DNA of 64,000 nucleotides from Candidatus Saccharimonadota bacterium (lineage in GTDB: Bacteria > Patescibacteriota > Saccharimonadia > Saccharimonadales > AWTP1-31). Shown here one piece after another: positions 55,757 to 64,000 of the stretch. Made by a program: the position numbers and the translations under genes. Position 1 is the stretch's first letter, and the number at the start of each line of letters is the position of its first letter. The DNA is taken from positions 9,578-73,577 of the forward strand of contig RXKC01000009.1 of assembly GCA_003962975.1 (NCBI GenBank), given 5' to 3'. The notes under the pieces are model-generated. The model worked only from the letters and a program-made list of their open reading frames with translations. It had not been told where the DNA came from and searched no databases.

Positions 55757-56323
55757 ATGGCCCTAAGTATTACTGATCTAAAAAAAGGTACGATTTTTCA
55801 ACTAGAAGGCGTGCCATATCGGGTCGTTGAATATTCACAGAAAGTTATGGGTCGTGGTGGCTCAATTGTTAACGTTCGTATTAAAAGCCTCATTGATGGC
55901 AGTGTCTTGGCGAAGACATTTAAAGGTAACGAGCAAATTGATTACGCAGATGTAAGCAACCAAAACGTACAGTATCTGTACAACGACGGTAATACTTACT
56001 ACTTTATGAACGAAGATACCTACGAGCAATTCGAGGTGCCTGCAGATATATTGGGTGATCAGGGTGGTTACATGAAAGAGGGCGATAAAGCTCAAGCACA
56101 ACTGTTTGATGACCGAGTTATCAGTATTGATTTACCAAAAAATGTTCCCCTCAAAGTTACCTATACGGAAGACGTTGTTAAGGGCGACACCACGAGCAGT
56201 GTCTTAAAAAATGCCGAGCTTGAAACTGGTATTACTGTGAAGGTGCCAGCCTTTATTAAGCAAGGTGATCTTATTAGTGTCGATACTGCCACGGGTGCGT
56301 ACCGAGAACGCGTCAAAGACTAG
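55757..56323 (+). CDS. efp: Translation elongation factor P
   Basis: 188 aa with three beta-barrel domains. The N-terminal KOW-like domain is LKKGTIFQLEGVPYRVVEY, and the loop tip reads VMGRGGS (Arg at the modified position). Confidence 0.95.
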   Translation: MALSITDLKKGTIFQLEGVPYRVVEYSQKVMGRGGSIVNVRIKSLIDGSVLAKTFKGNEQIDYADVSNQNVQYLYNDGNTYYFMNEDTYEQFEVPADILGDQGGYMKEGDKAQAQLFDDRVISIDLPKNVPLKVTYTEDVVKGDTTSSVLKNAELETGITVKVPAFIKQGDLISVDTATGAYRERVKD

Positions 56324-56337
56324 TATTGTAAGTACGT

Positions 56338-57087
56338 ATGGACAAAAAGCGTCTCGATCAAGTGGTTACTCGTAGGCAACTGGTTGCTTCACGTAGTCAG
56401 GCTGAGAGTTTTATTAAGCTTGGTCAAGTTACCGTTAATGGCAAGGTAGTTACCAGAGCAGGCACGCTGGTCAGAGAAACTGACGAAATTATTCTGACAG
56501 CAGCAGAGCAGTATGTCTCGCGCGCTGGGCTAAAACTAGCCTCGGTAGCAGAAAAATTACAGCTAGACTTTAGAAGCAAAACAGTGCTCGACGTGGGCTC
56601 ATCGACAGGCGGTTTCACGGACTATGCTCTCAAGCACGGAGCTGCAAAGGTGATTGCCGTAGAACTAGGTAAAGACCAGCTGCATCCTAGCTTGCACGGT
56701 AATCCCCAGATTGAGCTACACGAACAAACTGATATTCGAACTTTTAGTACCACGCAAAAAATAGATCTTGTCGTAGCCGACGTATCATTCGTTAGTTTGC
56801 AGGCTATCCTACCTGCCGTAGCAAAGGTATGTCATTCTGGCACTCAGATTGTTGCTATGGTAAAGCCACAGTTCGAAGCTCGGGGAAGTAATGTAAAACA
56901 CCATGGGGTCATCAAGAACGAGAAAGTGCGCCGTGAGATTCTGCAGGACTTTGAGTTGTGGGCAAAGCAGACGTTTGTACTGCAAGACAAAGCTGACTCA
57001 GATGTGACTGGCTCAAAAGGCAACCGCGAACGCTTCTACTTACTAAAGGTTGCCACTAAATCACCTGGCCAGCACAGGCGGAAGTAA
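56338..57087 (+). CDS. tlyA: TlyA family rRNA (cytidine-2'-O)-methyltransferase
   Basis: An S4 domain (KRLDQVVTRRQLVASRSQAESFIKLGQVTVNG), the SAM motif DVGSSTGGFTD, and KPQFE. Confidence 0.88.
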   Translation: MDKKRLDQVVTRRQLVASRSQAESFIKLGQVTVNGKVVTRAGTLVRETDEIILTAAEQYVSRAGLKLASVAEKLQLDFRSKTVLDVGSSTGGFTDYALKHGAAKVIAVELGKDQLHPSLHGNPQIELHEQTDIRTFSTTQKIDLVVADVSFVSLQAILPAVAKVCHSGTQIVAMVKPQFEARGSNVKHHGVIKNEKVRREILQDFELWAKQTFVLQDKADSDVTGSKGNRERFYLLKVATKSPGQHRRK

Positions 57088-57101
57088 GTACAATTTAAGC
57101 T

Positions 57102-57758
57102 ATGTATTTCACTAATCGGGCAGAAGCTGGGCTTAAATTAAGTGCGCAGCTCCTAAAGTACAAAGGCAAAAAATGCACACTTGTAGCGCTATCAGACGGT
57201 GCTGTTATTGTGGCTACTCAAATTGCTCAGGCTCTTAATTGTCCCATTACGATGCTCATGGCTGAGCAAATTCATGCACCGGGCGAACCTGACGCAGTGG
57301 GGAGTATTAACCAAGACGGTGGCTATAGCCAAAACAGCTCTTATTCTCAGGGCCAGCACGATGAGTTCACTATGGAATATCATCACATGTTCGAACAGCA
57401 AAAGATGGAAAAATTGCGACAGATGCACCGCTTACTGGGCGATAATCAGGTGATTCGCAAGGATATGCTCAGGGGACACACGGTTATAATCGTGGCAGAC
57501 GGTCTTGGTAGCGTGGCTTCTATTGATGCTGCCATTCTCTTCTTAAAATCTACCAAGACAAAAGATCTTATTATCGCAACACCATTTGCAACGGTAAACG
57601 TGGTTGACCGTATGCATATTCTGGCAGATGACATCGTGTGTCTTAGTGTCGTGCAAAACTTCATGGGTATTAACCATTACTTTGAAGATAACAGTGTGCC
57701 GAGTCACGACGTTATTCTTAAAAGTATTCAAGAGATCGTTCGCGGCTGGAAGGTCTAG
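57102..57758 (+). CDS. Phosphoribosyltransferase-like protein (putative PRTase family, variant PRPP loop)
   Basis: The N-terminus FTNRAEAGLKLSAQL and the loop VIIVADGLGS (usually VDDG.ATG) fit this family. Confidence 0.62.
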   Translation: MYFTNRAEAGLKLSAQLLKYKGKKCTLVALSDGAVIVATQIAQALNCPITMLMAEQIHAPGEPDAVGSINQDGGYSQNSSYSQGQHDEFTMEYHHMFEQQKMEKLRQMHRLLGDNQVIRKDMLRGHTVIIVADGLGSVASIDAAILFLKSTKTKDLIIATPFATVNVVDRMHILADDIVCLSVVQNFMGINHYFEDNSVPSHDVILKSIQEIVRGWKV

Positions 57759-57764
57759 CAAGCT

Positions 57765-58841
57765 TTAGGTATTAAAGCGGAACTCGACAACATCATTGGG
57801 CTGCATAACATAGGTCTTGCCCTCGGTACGCACTTTGCCCGCAGCCTTAGCAGCTTGTTCTGAACCCGCTGCGATAAGGTCACTGTAGTCAATTATTTGC
57901 GCAGCAATAAAGCCACGTTCAAAGTCACCGTGAATAACACCGGCAGCCTGCGGAGCAGTGAAGCCTTGTTTGATTGTCCAGGCGCGAACTTCTTTATCGC
58001 CAGCCGTAAGGTAGCTTTGTAGGCCCAGAGTATCGTAGGCAGCATGAATTAATTGCACTAAGCCAGATTCAGTTTGACCGTAGCTTTCTAAAAGCTCAGT
58101 TCGGTCGCTTTCATCAAGTCCTCTCAGTTCGCTTTCTAACTTGGCACAAATAAATAGGGCAGAAGATGGAGTAACGAGGGCAGTCAAACTATCTTGTGCG
58201 GCTTTATCGGTCAGGGTAGCTTCGTCTACATTGAACACATAAATGACTGGCTTAGCGGTGATCAATTGCAGATCGGCGATATGTTCGGGATCTACGTCTA
58301 GCTGCGAGACTAACTTGCCCTCATCTAAGCCGGCTTTAATGACCTGGTAGGTGTCAAGGATTGGTTTGAGCTTTGGGTTAGCCCGAACTTCTTTCTCAAA
58401 TTTTGGCAGGCGTTTTTCAACGGTCTGGATATCGGCGAGTACAAGCTCAGTATTAATGACATCCATATCTTTCTTAGGATCATGTTGATCATCGACATGC
58501 TGAATATCATTGTCTTCAAAGGCACGCACCACATGCACAATGGCATTAGTACTGCGGATGTGGCTAAGGAATTGGTTGCCCAGGCCTTCACCCTGACTGG
58601 CTCCGGCTACCAGACCAGCGATATCTACAAAGGTAACCGTAGCTGGTTTAATGGGGGCTTTGTTATACAGGTCACTCAGTTTACCAAGTCGCTCGTCAGG
58701 CACCGGAACAATGCCAGTATTTGGCTCAATAGTTGCGAAAGGGTAATTTGCTGCCAAAACCTGTGCATCGGTAAGGGCGTTAAAAAGGGTAGACTTACCG
58801 ACATTCGGTAGGCCCACAATACCAATAGAAAGTGAACTCAT
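57765..58841 (-). CDS. ychF: Redox-regulated ATPase YchF (Obg-like)
   Basis: [24 protein letters not shown] and a C-terminal TGS-like [12 protein letters not shown]. Confidence 0.95.
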   Translation of the reverse strand: MSSLSIGIVGLPNVGKSTLFNALTDAQVLAANYPFATIEPNTGIVPVPDERLGKLSDLYNKAPIKPATVTFVDIAGLVAGASQGEGLGNQFLSHIRSTNAIVHVVRAFEDNDIQHVDDQHDPKKDMDVINTELVLADIQTVEKRLPKFEKEVRANPKLKPILDTYQVIKAGLDEGKLVSQLDVDPEHIADLQLITAKPVIYVFNVDEATLTDKAAQDSLTALVTPSSALFICAKLESELRGLDESDRTELLESYGQTESGLVQLIHAAYDTLGLQSYLTAGDKEVRAWTIKQGFTAPQAAGVIHGDFERGFIAAQIIDYSDLIAAGSEQAAKAAGKVRTEGKTYVMQPNDVVEFRFNT

Positions 58842-58923
58842 ACACAGTATTATAACAGAGGTGCCTTACTTGACCAAATTGCTTAAGCATGATAGTGTAT
58901 AGATTGAAAATAATAAAATAAAC

Positions 58924-59103
58924 ATGACCAACATAGATCCGTCATGCGAATCCCATAAACCGCCCAATCCCGTGCAAATTCGTGCAATGCAGGCACGATT
59001 TCCAGTTATTCCTGGAAGCCCTTCGGCGGCATGTTTGCAGGCAGTGAAAGATTTTATGGCCTACTTAGAGACCCGGGTACCGGAAGTTGCAGGGTTACCC
59101 TGA
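58924..59103 (+). CDS. Possible small ORF (59 aa) below the ORF-track threshold
   Basis: ATG at 58924 runs in frame to TGA at 59101-59103 (MTNIDPSCESHKPPNPVQIRAMQARFPVIPGSPSAACLQAVKDFMAYLETRVPEVAGLP). It sits in a 404-nt gap otherwise without features. No SD, so coding status is unproven. Confidence 0.3.
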   Translation: MTNIDPSCESHKPPNPVQIRAMQARFPVIPGSPSAACLQAVKDFMAYLETRVPEVAGLP

Positions 59104-59245
59104 GAGATTACATTGAGCGCGAATAGCCCCAATTATCTCTACCCGTTGCTGGTATGGTCAGTTTCAGTTCAAAGGGTTGTTGTGTTACGAGATAAGAGTA
59201 CCAAGCTTGAGACGTGACATGTGCATACTTTAACAGTAAGCACGT

Positions 59246-59980
59246 CTATAGATGTGTGATACCCTTGTGAGCTGCAGCCTCGCTCACTGCGGCGCTTGCC
59301 TGGAGAATGCCATCAGTGTTTTCTGGCAACCTCTCTACTGTAGATGCCAAGCCAGGGTGGAGGGAATCCAGCGCTTGCCTCATGATGCCAAATTGCTCAT
59401 GTCCTCCTAAAGAGCTTGTTGCAAGTAATGCTTCTGGGCTAATGCCTCTGTTCACTAATGCTAGTTTGCCGCTTGATGCGGCAACAAGACCCTGTGAAGT
59501 ATTCGGTGTGTCAGCGTCGTAGTATCGGTATGATCCCGGTATATGTAATCTTACGCCGGCTTTGCGTAATGTGAAGCTACTGGCCGGCTGCAGGCGTCCC
59601 TGAGTCTTCAGCCATTCTAGATACTTGTTTTCACCCAGTCCCGCCAGGAGTTCATTGTAATAAGGGTGATAGCTATCGTTTAACGACCCACCATGTGTTA
59701 GCTCATGAACAATAAGGCTGCCAGTTTTAGCATCTGTTTTTTCATGCCCAACTTCATGGCTAGCGTAAACGACTACATCTCCTGTCGATTTACGATATCC
59801 ACCTGCGACAGAAGCACCTTTATTGGTTTTTTGCTTTGCACGACCTGCGTCATGAGGTGACACGACGGTTACTTGATCTCTGCCTGAAGTCGTTAAGCCG
59901 AGGCCGTTGGTCACAAAAGCGTGAGCATCCGAAACGGTGTCGTTATATGCTGTGTTGTGAAGATCTGTTAGTTCTGGCAT
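59246..59980 (-). CDS. Hypothetical zincin-like protein with two HExxH motifs
   Basis: HEVGH and HELTH are 12 residues apart (59693-59758). The start is at 59980 (MPELTD) or 60013. No signal peptide is evident. Confidence 0.55.
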   Translation of the reverse strand: MPELTDLHNTAYNDTVSDAHAFVTNGLGLTTSGRDQVTVVSPHDAGRAKQKTNKGASVAGGYRKSTGDVVVYASHEVGHEKTDAKTGSLIVHELTHGGSLNDSYHPYYNELLAGLGENKYLEWLKTQGRLQPASSFTLRKAGVRLHIPGSYRYYDADTPNTSQGLVAASSGKLALVNRGISPEALLATSSLGGHEQFGIMRQALDSLHPGLASTVERLPENTDGILQASAAVSEAAAHKGITHL

Positions 59981-60217
59981 TTTTGTTTCTTTCGGGTGAC
60001 TTAATAATAGCATCTTATGTACTATTTGTCAAAGTTATACGATGTCGACTGCAGTTCCATTAACGTTTAATCGCACACTAATTACTGGCTATAATGGACC
60101 GTTCTACACGATAACCCTCGGAGTTTTCATTTGTAAACCGAGCAGTATGCGGTGGCTCGTGACAAATAACGCATCACGGTTGCCTTTACCTTTAAGCGTA
60201 AGTATAATCAAAATCAA

Positions 60218-61213
60218 ATGGAAGGTGACAATAAAACTGAGACAGTTGTTGTTTCTGCCAAGCGGCGGTTCAACCCATTTCGTCGCACAATTGGCGGAAA
60301 GCGCAGCAGTATAAATAAGAAGGCAGTATTTGCAGTAATAGTAGTTATTGTTCTAGCTAGCGGGGGCGCCATTGCTTGGAAAATACTGTCAGCTGAGAAA
60401 CCTGTCTTAGTCGTTGGAAAGACTAAGATTTTCAAAAAAGACTACGACGAACTTCGTACGCAGGCTAGCAGCAGACTGCTCAACGATGAGGCTGCCAAAT
60501 CACAAATTATCGAATCATATACAGTATTGGCTGCCGCCGAAAAGCTAGGCATAGACATTCCAGAAGCCGCAACTGAGATACCTTTGGGGCTTGTGACTAA
60601 GCCCTATGATCGCGATAAACTCGGACGATTACTTGCTCAGGGTGAATACGTGAGGCATTACGTCGCGAGTCGTGACCGCGATGGCTATGAGGGGTATGCG
60701 TTTTATTATCCATTCAGTCGAAACTTTTTAAGCTCAGAAGATAAATCAAAAGATCCAGACTTTAATAACCCTGACACGATAGAGAAAGACAGGAAACAAG
60801 CTCAATCAAAAGCTCAAGAGGCGCGCAAGAAACTAGAACAAGGGCAGACAACCCCACAAGATATCGTCAAGGCAATCAAAGCAGATACTAGTTTGGTGTA
60901 TGGTGCTGCAAGTAATAAATCGGGTCAGTTTAGAGTTGATACGTCGGCCTATCCACTCGAAACGTTAATTCCTGATGCTAGTCGAACGGTCGGCAAGTTT
61001 TTCGAAGAGCTAAAGGTTTTGAAAGAAGGGGGTATTATGCCCATACGAGATGACGTTCAGGCTTACACTGATATACAAACCGGTCAGTCAACGACAAGGA
61101 ACACTGCCTATTATTTTGTAATTAAAACGAAGAATCTAAAGGCAGATACCGAGTTTAAGGCCAAGTATGAAGCTGCCGTTAGAGCGGTAAAGGTGGTAGA
61201 TAATGTTAAGTAA
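60218..61213 (+). CDS. Hypothetical N-terminally membrane-anchored protein (331 aa), possibly chaperone/SurA-N-like
   Basis: TATAAT (60203-60208) lies 9 nt upstream of the ATG. It has a basic N-terminus and a TM helix (AVFAVIVVIVLASGGAIAW). Its 3' end overlaps the next gene by 11 nt. Confidence 0.6.
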   Translation: MEGDNKTETVVVSAKRRFNPFRRTIGGKRSSINKKAVFAVIVVIVLASGGAIAWKILSAEKPVLVVGKTKIFKKDYDELRTQASSRLLNDEAAKSQIIESYTVLAAAEKLGIDIPEAATEIPLGLVTKPYDRDKLGRLLAQGEYVRHYVASRDRDGYEGYAFYYPFSRNFLSSEDKSKDPDFNNPDTIEKDRKQAQSKAQEARKKLEQGQTTPQDIVKAIKADTSLVYGAASNKSGQFRVDTSAYPLETLIPDASRTVGKFFEELKVLKEGGIMPIRDDVQAYTDIQTGQSTTRNTAYYFVIKTKNLKADTEFKAKYEAAVRAVKVVDNVK

Positions 61214-63566
61214 GATTCGTAGCAGTACAGGCGCACTAGTTGCATCATTTATTTTTGCATTTTTGCTCTTTGCAATAGGCAATATTGTGCATAGTCCAGC
61301 AGTTGAGGCCGCAGATTGCAATCCAGGATTAATCAATAGTACTGCAGCTTACTATAACGTCGTCGTTCAGGTACGAATTGAAAATCCAGACGGCTCATTT
61401 AGGAAATGGTCCAATGATTTTACGATTAATGTTAGGTCAACGAACCCTGCGCCTTACGGTGCAAGCACTATTCCTGTTGATACAGCCGTTAACTGGGCGG
61501 GGAAACCAGGCTTCCCGAATGGCAACGCTAACTTTCGTGCTCAAGCAGGTGGTGAGGGGACGTTGCAGTGTCCTCAGCTTATCGGCGGAAACAGCACCAA
61601 GCTTGCATTTGGTAATAGTATTGACGGGTTCCCTTACTTAGCTTGCCAATGGGGCACATGGACTTTGGGTCAAGGTAAAGAACATGGTGTGGGCTTTACA
61701 TTCACTCCAGTTGGTATTGGTGATGCCGGAGCACCAGGTTATTGGCGAGCAGATCAAGCCTATGGACTTACAACTGCTGGGCAAGGCGGAGGTCTAATCG
61801 ACGTTAATAACGTGAACGACGATTTTACATTCACCTATCGTCTAACGCGGGACCCAGACAATCCACCACAGGGAAATCTTGAAGAGGCAAACTGTACTAA
61901 CGGGATTACTGGCTGGGCGCGTGATATAGACGCCCCTGGTGGAATAACCGACGTACATCTTTACTTCGATGATCCAAGCAATCCAAACCTAGGTATTAAC
62001 CTAGGGCCAACCAGTATCTATCGTCCTGATCCATCTCTCCAAGGAAACTTCGGGTTTAATATTGATGCGACAGACTCAAGAATTCCGGTGGATATATTCA
62101 GTTCTAGTCACACTGTCTATGCATATGTTATTGGTGTGGGTCCTGACTACGGTAATCCACAGCTCTCGAATAGCCCCAGAACTATTGGGCCATGTACCCC
62201 TAGGTCGTCCAATACATCATCATCACCAGGCGTAGATATTGGCGATGATGAGAACCCAACAACTGCCATATTTACTGGAAGTATCGATCAAGCGGATCCA
62301 AATTATTCAGTCAACGTTACACGAAAATTCTATATTATTCGGGCAAATGACCCAACTGGTGTGTCTCCTGTGACACTCAGTCCAGATCAAACGTTTGCCC
62401 AAACAGGACCTAACAGTGCGCTTAGTGTAGTAACTGTTACTGGTTTGCGCGGGGCTCCACATAACTTGGCAGTTGGTGATCAAGTTTGCACTAGCATCAC
62501 GATTGATCGACCGACGGTAACCATTGGATATAGGGGCGGTATTACTGTTCCCGCTAATAGCACACCAGATGTGCAGGTTGCATGTGAGCGCTTTGTGAAT
62601 AAGCCGTACGTAACTTCATTTGGCAGTGATCTCAAGGCAGGCGGTGGGGTAGGTACGTGTACGAATGCTCCGGCTCCAATAGCTACTTACCGTCGTGGTG
62701 CCCTAGGTTCCAATACGCAGCTGGCCGCTTTTGCGCTTGGTACTATACAGGGGATAACGTCGGCTCGATTCGCTGATTCAGCCGCCACGGCCAATCCAAC
62801 ACAAAATGGTCTGACCGCACAGAACTTCGGATCTTACGCTAGCTGTGCGCATGATTTCTACGGTGATAAAGAACCGAGTGCACCAAACTGGTCTACAGTG
62901 TACGTCAACGCAAGTCAGCAACCGATCATACCCGATACCACGACCCCGAACCCTAATGATGGGGATGTTGCAGAAGGAAAGTTCAATGCGACAGGTGGTA
63001 CTTCGCTGCCGGCAATGACTATTGCTCGTGGCCAGCAGATCTACATTTACGTGGATGGCGATGTATCAATAGGTGGGAACATCTCTATGGATACTGGTCC
63101 ATGGTCAGATCGTTCTGATATACCTGTTCTGTATGTTATTGCCAGTGGTAATATCGCTATTGCACCAGGTGTGACAAATATTGCCGGCGTATTTGTTGCT
63201 CAAGGAGTTCGAGCTTACATTAATACATGTTCAGTACTAACTCCTAAAGTGACCGCTCCACCGACGGCTCCTGCATCAGACGAGTACAAGCTCAACGCTG
63301 CCTCACTTACGGCCATGTATAATTCCTGCAATAGCCAGCTTATAGTAGATGGTGCTTTTGTTGCTAATAAAGTTATCTTAGGTCGTGCGAGTGGTTCACT
63401 CCGTGATAGTACCGCTACAGAAGATCCATTCGGTACCCCACAGGCTGCCGAGGTATTCCGATATAACCCTGGGGTCTACTTAGGTCGTTCCCCTCGACCA
63501 AATATCGAAGAAGAAACAACCGATAATGGATTCGAATCCATTACTAATCTACCACCCGTACTCTAG
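61203..63566 (+). CDS. Large secreted hypothetical protein (787 aa) immediately upstream of pilM
   Basis: Signal peptide with an AxA site (SPAVEA-AD) and several Cys pairs. An internal GWA-type domain lies at about 61872-62195, and a C-terminal segment has beta-helix-like periodicity (IYIYVDGDVSIGGNISM...IASGNIAIAPGVTNIAGVFVAQG). Confidence 0.7.
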   Translation: MLSKIRSSTGALVASFIFAFLLFAIGNIVHSPAVEAADCNPGLINSTAAYYNVVVQVRIENPDGSFRKWSNDFTINVRSTNPAPYGASTIPVDTAVNWAGKPGFPNGNANFRAQAGGEGTLQCPQLIGGNSTKLAFGNSIDGFPYLACQWGTWTLGQGKEHGVGFTFTPVGIGDAGAPGYWRADQAYGLTTAGQGGGLIDVNNVNDDFTFTYRLTRDPDNPPQGNLEEANCTNGITGWARDIDAPGGITDVHLYFDDPSNPNLGINLGPTSIYRPDPSLQGNFGFNIDATDSRIPVDIFSSSHTVYAYVIGVGPDYGNPQLSNSPRTIGPCTPRSSNTSSSPGVDIGDDENPTTAIFTGSIDQADPNYSVNVTRKFYIIRANDPTGVSPVTLSPDQTFAQTGPNSALSVVTVTGLRGAPHNLAVGDQVCTSITIDRPTVTIGYRGGITVPANSTPDVQVACERFVNKPYVTSFGSDLKAGGGVGTCTNAPAPIATYRRGALGSNTQLAAFALGTIQGITSARFADSAATANPTQNGLTAQNFGSYASCAHDFYGDKEPSAPNWSTVYVNASQQPIIPDTTTPNPNDGDVAEGKFNATGGTSLPAMTIARGQQIYIYVDGDVSIGGNISMDTGPWSDRSDIPVLYVIASGNIAIAPGVTNIAGVFVAQGVRAYINTCSVLTPKVTAPPTAPASDEYKLNAASLTAMYNSCNSQLIVDGAFVANKVILGRASGSLRDSTATEDPFGTPQAAEVFRYNPGVYLGRSPRPNIEEETTDNGFESITNLPPVL

Positions 63567-63626
63567 GTATTTTAATCAGGAAAACACTGTACGGTCTCAA
63601 GTAGCTTATGCTATACTTTGACCAAT

Positions 63627-64000
63627 ATGAGCATACTGAGTGGGGTATCTGAATTCTTTGGCCTCGACATCGGCACGACCGCTGTTCGTTTAGTTGAGCT
63701 ACATAACTCTGGGCGATCAAAAGCGCTTGTTAAGTATGCCTATGTGCCTCTAGACACCACTGTTGCAATGAGCGACTCTAAAGGTGATCAGCAAAAATTA
63801 GCACAGGCGATTAAAGACCTTGTAGAACAGTCGAAGGTGACTACAAAGAACGTTGCTGTTGGACTGCCATCACAGCGCGTATTCACCACAGTGGTTGATA
63901 TAGATCGCTTAGATGAAGGTGAAATCGCAAAAACAATTCAGTATCAGGCCGATTCGCTTATTCCGACACCAATTGCGGAATCTAAGTTAGACTGGGCAGT
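63627..64000 (+). CDS. pilM: Type IV pilus assembly ATPase-like protein PilM (5' partial, runs off the window)
   Basis: MSILSGVSEFFGLDIGTTAVRLVEL is the actin-like PilM N-terminal phosphate-1 motif. The frame stays open to the window end. TGcTATACT (63609-63617) lies 9 nt upstream of the ATG. Confidence 0.8.
   Translation, partial: MSILSGVSEFFGLDIGTTAVRLVELHNSGRSKALVKYAYVPLDTTVAMSDSKGDQQKLAQAIKDLVEQSKVTTKNVAVGLPSQRVFTTVVDIDRLDEGEIAKTIQYQADSLIPTPIAESKLDWA

Noticed and set aside
57759-57764. The very short (6-nt) convergent junction between the PRTase-like gene and ychF, considered as a possible overlapping terminator or palindrome (AAGCTT centre).
   Set aside because: Only a 6-bp HindIII-type palindrome is present, with no stable stem or U-tract. 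It is probably just tight packing.
63528-63539. tRNA T-arm-like strings: GGATTCGAATCC at 63528-63539, and TTCGAATCT at about 10941.
   Set aside because: Both lie in frame inside long ORFs. No flanking acceptor, D or anticodon stems can be drawn. I found no convincing tRNA, rRNA, tmRNA, RNase P or SRP RNA in any intergenic gap.
109-64000. Alternative genetic code (UGA as Gly or Trp, as in some CPR lineages).
   Set aside because: Conserved genes terminate at their expected lengths. fpg and the 64-aa ORF at 46482-46676 end in TGA (the ATGA overlaps at 38017-38020 and 46673-46676), while for example rpoD ends in TAG. No conserved protein appears split at an in-frame TGA. The standard code 11 fits.
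1-64000. Mobile elements, prophage, or integrase/transposase-bounded islands around the accessory blocks (5.2-8.1 kb and 58.8-63.6 kb).
   Set aside because: No integrase, transposase or recombinase motifs were seen. There is no flanking tRNA, and by eye I saw no long direct or inverted terminal repeats and no obvious compositional shift. The blocks look like resident lineage-specific genes rather than recent insertions, though a proper k-mer or GC-skew calculation was not possible.

Overview
This is a densely coding window with about 70 CDS on both strands and moderate GC. I found no rRNA, tRNA, CRISPR array, transposase or integrase. The backbone is housekeeping: tsaD, murE-type ligase, groES-groEL behind two tandem CIRCE operators, argS, dnaG-rpoD, polA, folP, fpg-holA, rpsT, truB, an ABC-F ATPase, rpsO-pnp, family-4-like UDG, RNase J, ftsK, rpsF-ssb-rpsR, efp, tlyA, ychF, and the 5' end of pilM. 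The standard genetic code fits, since genes end in TGA, TAA or TAG. The gene content suggests a reduced Patescibacteria/CPR genome, most like Saccharibacteria. The basis is patchy biosynthesis, an archaeal-type CarS-like gene, PGI/PMI, type IV pilus genes and many disordered Pro/Ala/Lys-rich proteins. This placement is inference, not a database result. Between the core genes sit several blocks of unknown function. (1) 5.2-8.1 kb holds a stand-alone EndoU-like RNase domain with a small acidic partner ORF, then a translationally coupled pair ending in an atypical APH/ChoK-like kinase. (2) 14.8-16.6 kb is a three-gene membrane module (CDP-alcohol phosphatidyltransferase, PHP phosphoesterase, CarS-like cytidylyltransferase) next to a PIG-L deacetylase. 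(3) 58.8-63.6 kb, just upstream of pilM, holds a double-HExxH protein, a membrane-anchored 331-aa protein and a 787-aa secreted protein. Core enzymes also show oddities. All four Zn ligands of the DnaG zinc ribbon are substituted. PolA motif C reads HDS rather than HDE. EF-P carries Arg at the loop tip. S20 has a histone-like AKP tail. A DHH-like protein has degenerate catalytic motifs. Two regulatory patterns recur. One is a shared AATATTGACA...TGCTAAT promoter with A-rich leaders lacking a Shine-Dalgarno sequence. The other is a set of near-consensus -10 boxes 6-9 nt upstream of ATG, implying leaderless mRNAs. All functional calls come from motif recognition by eye; no searches were run.
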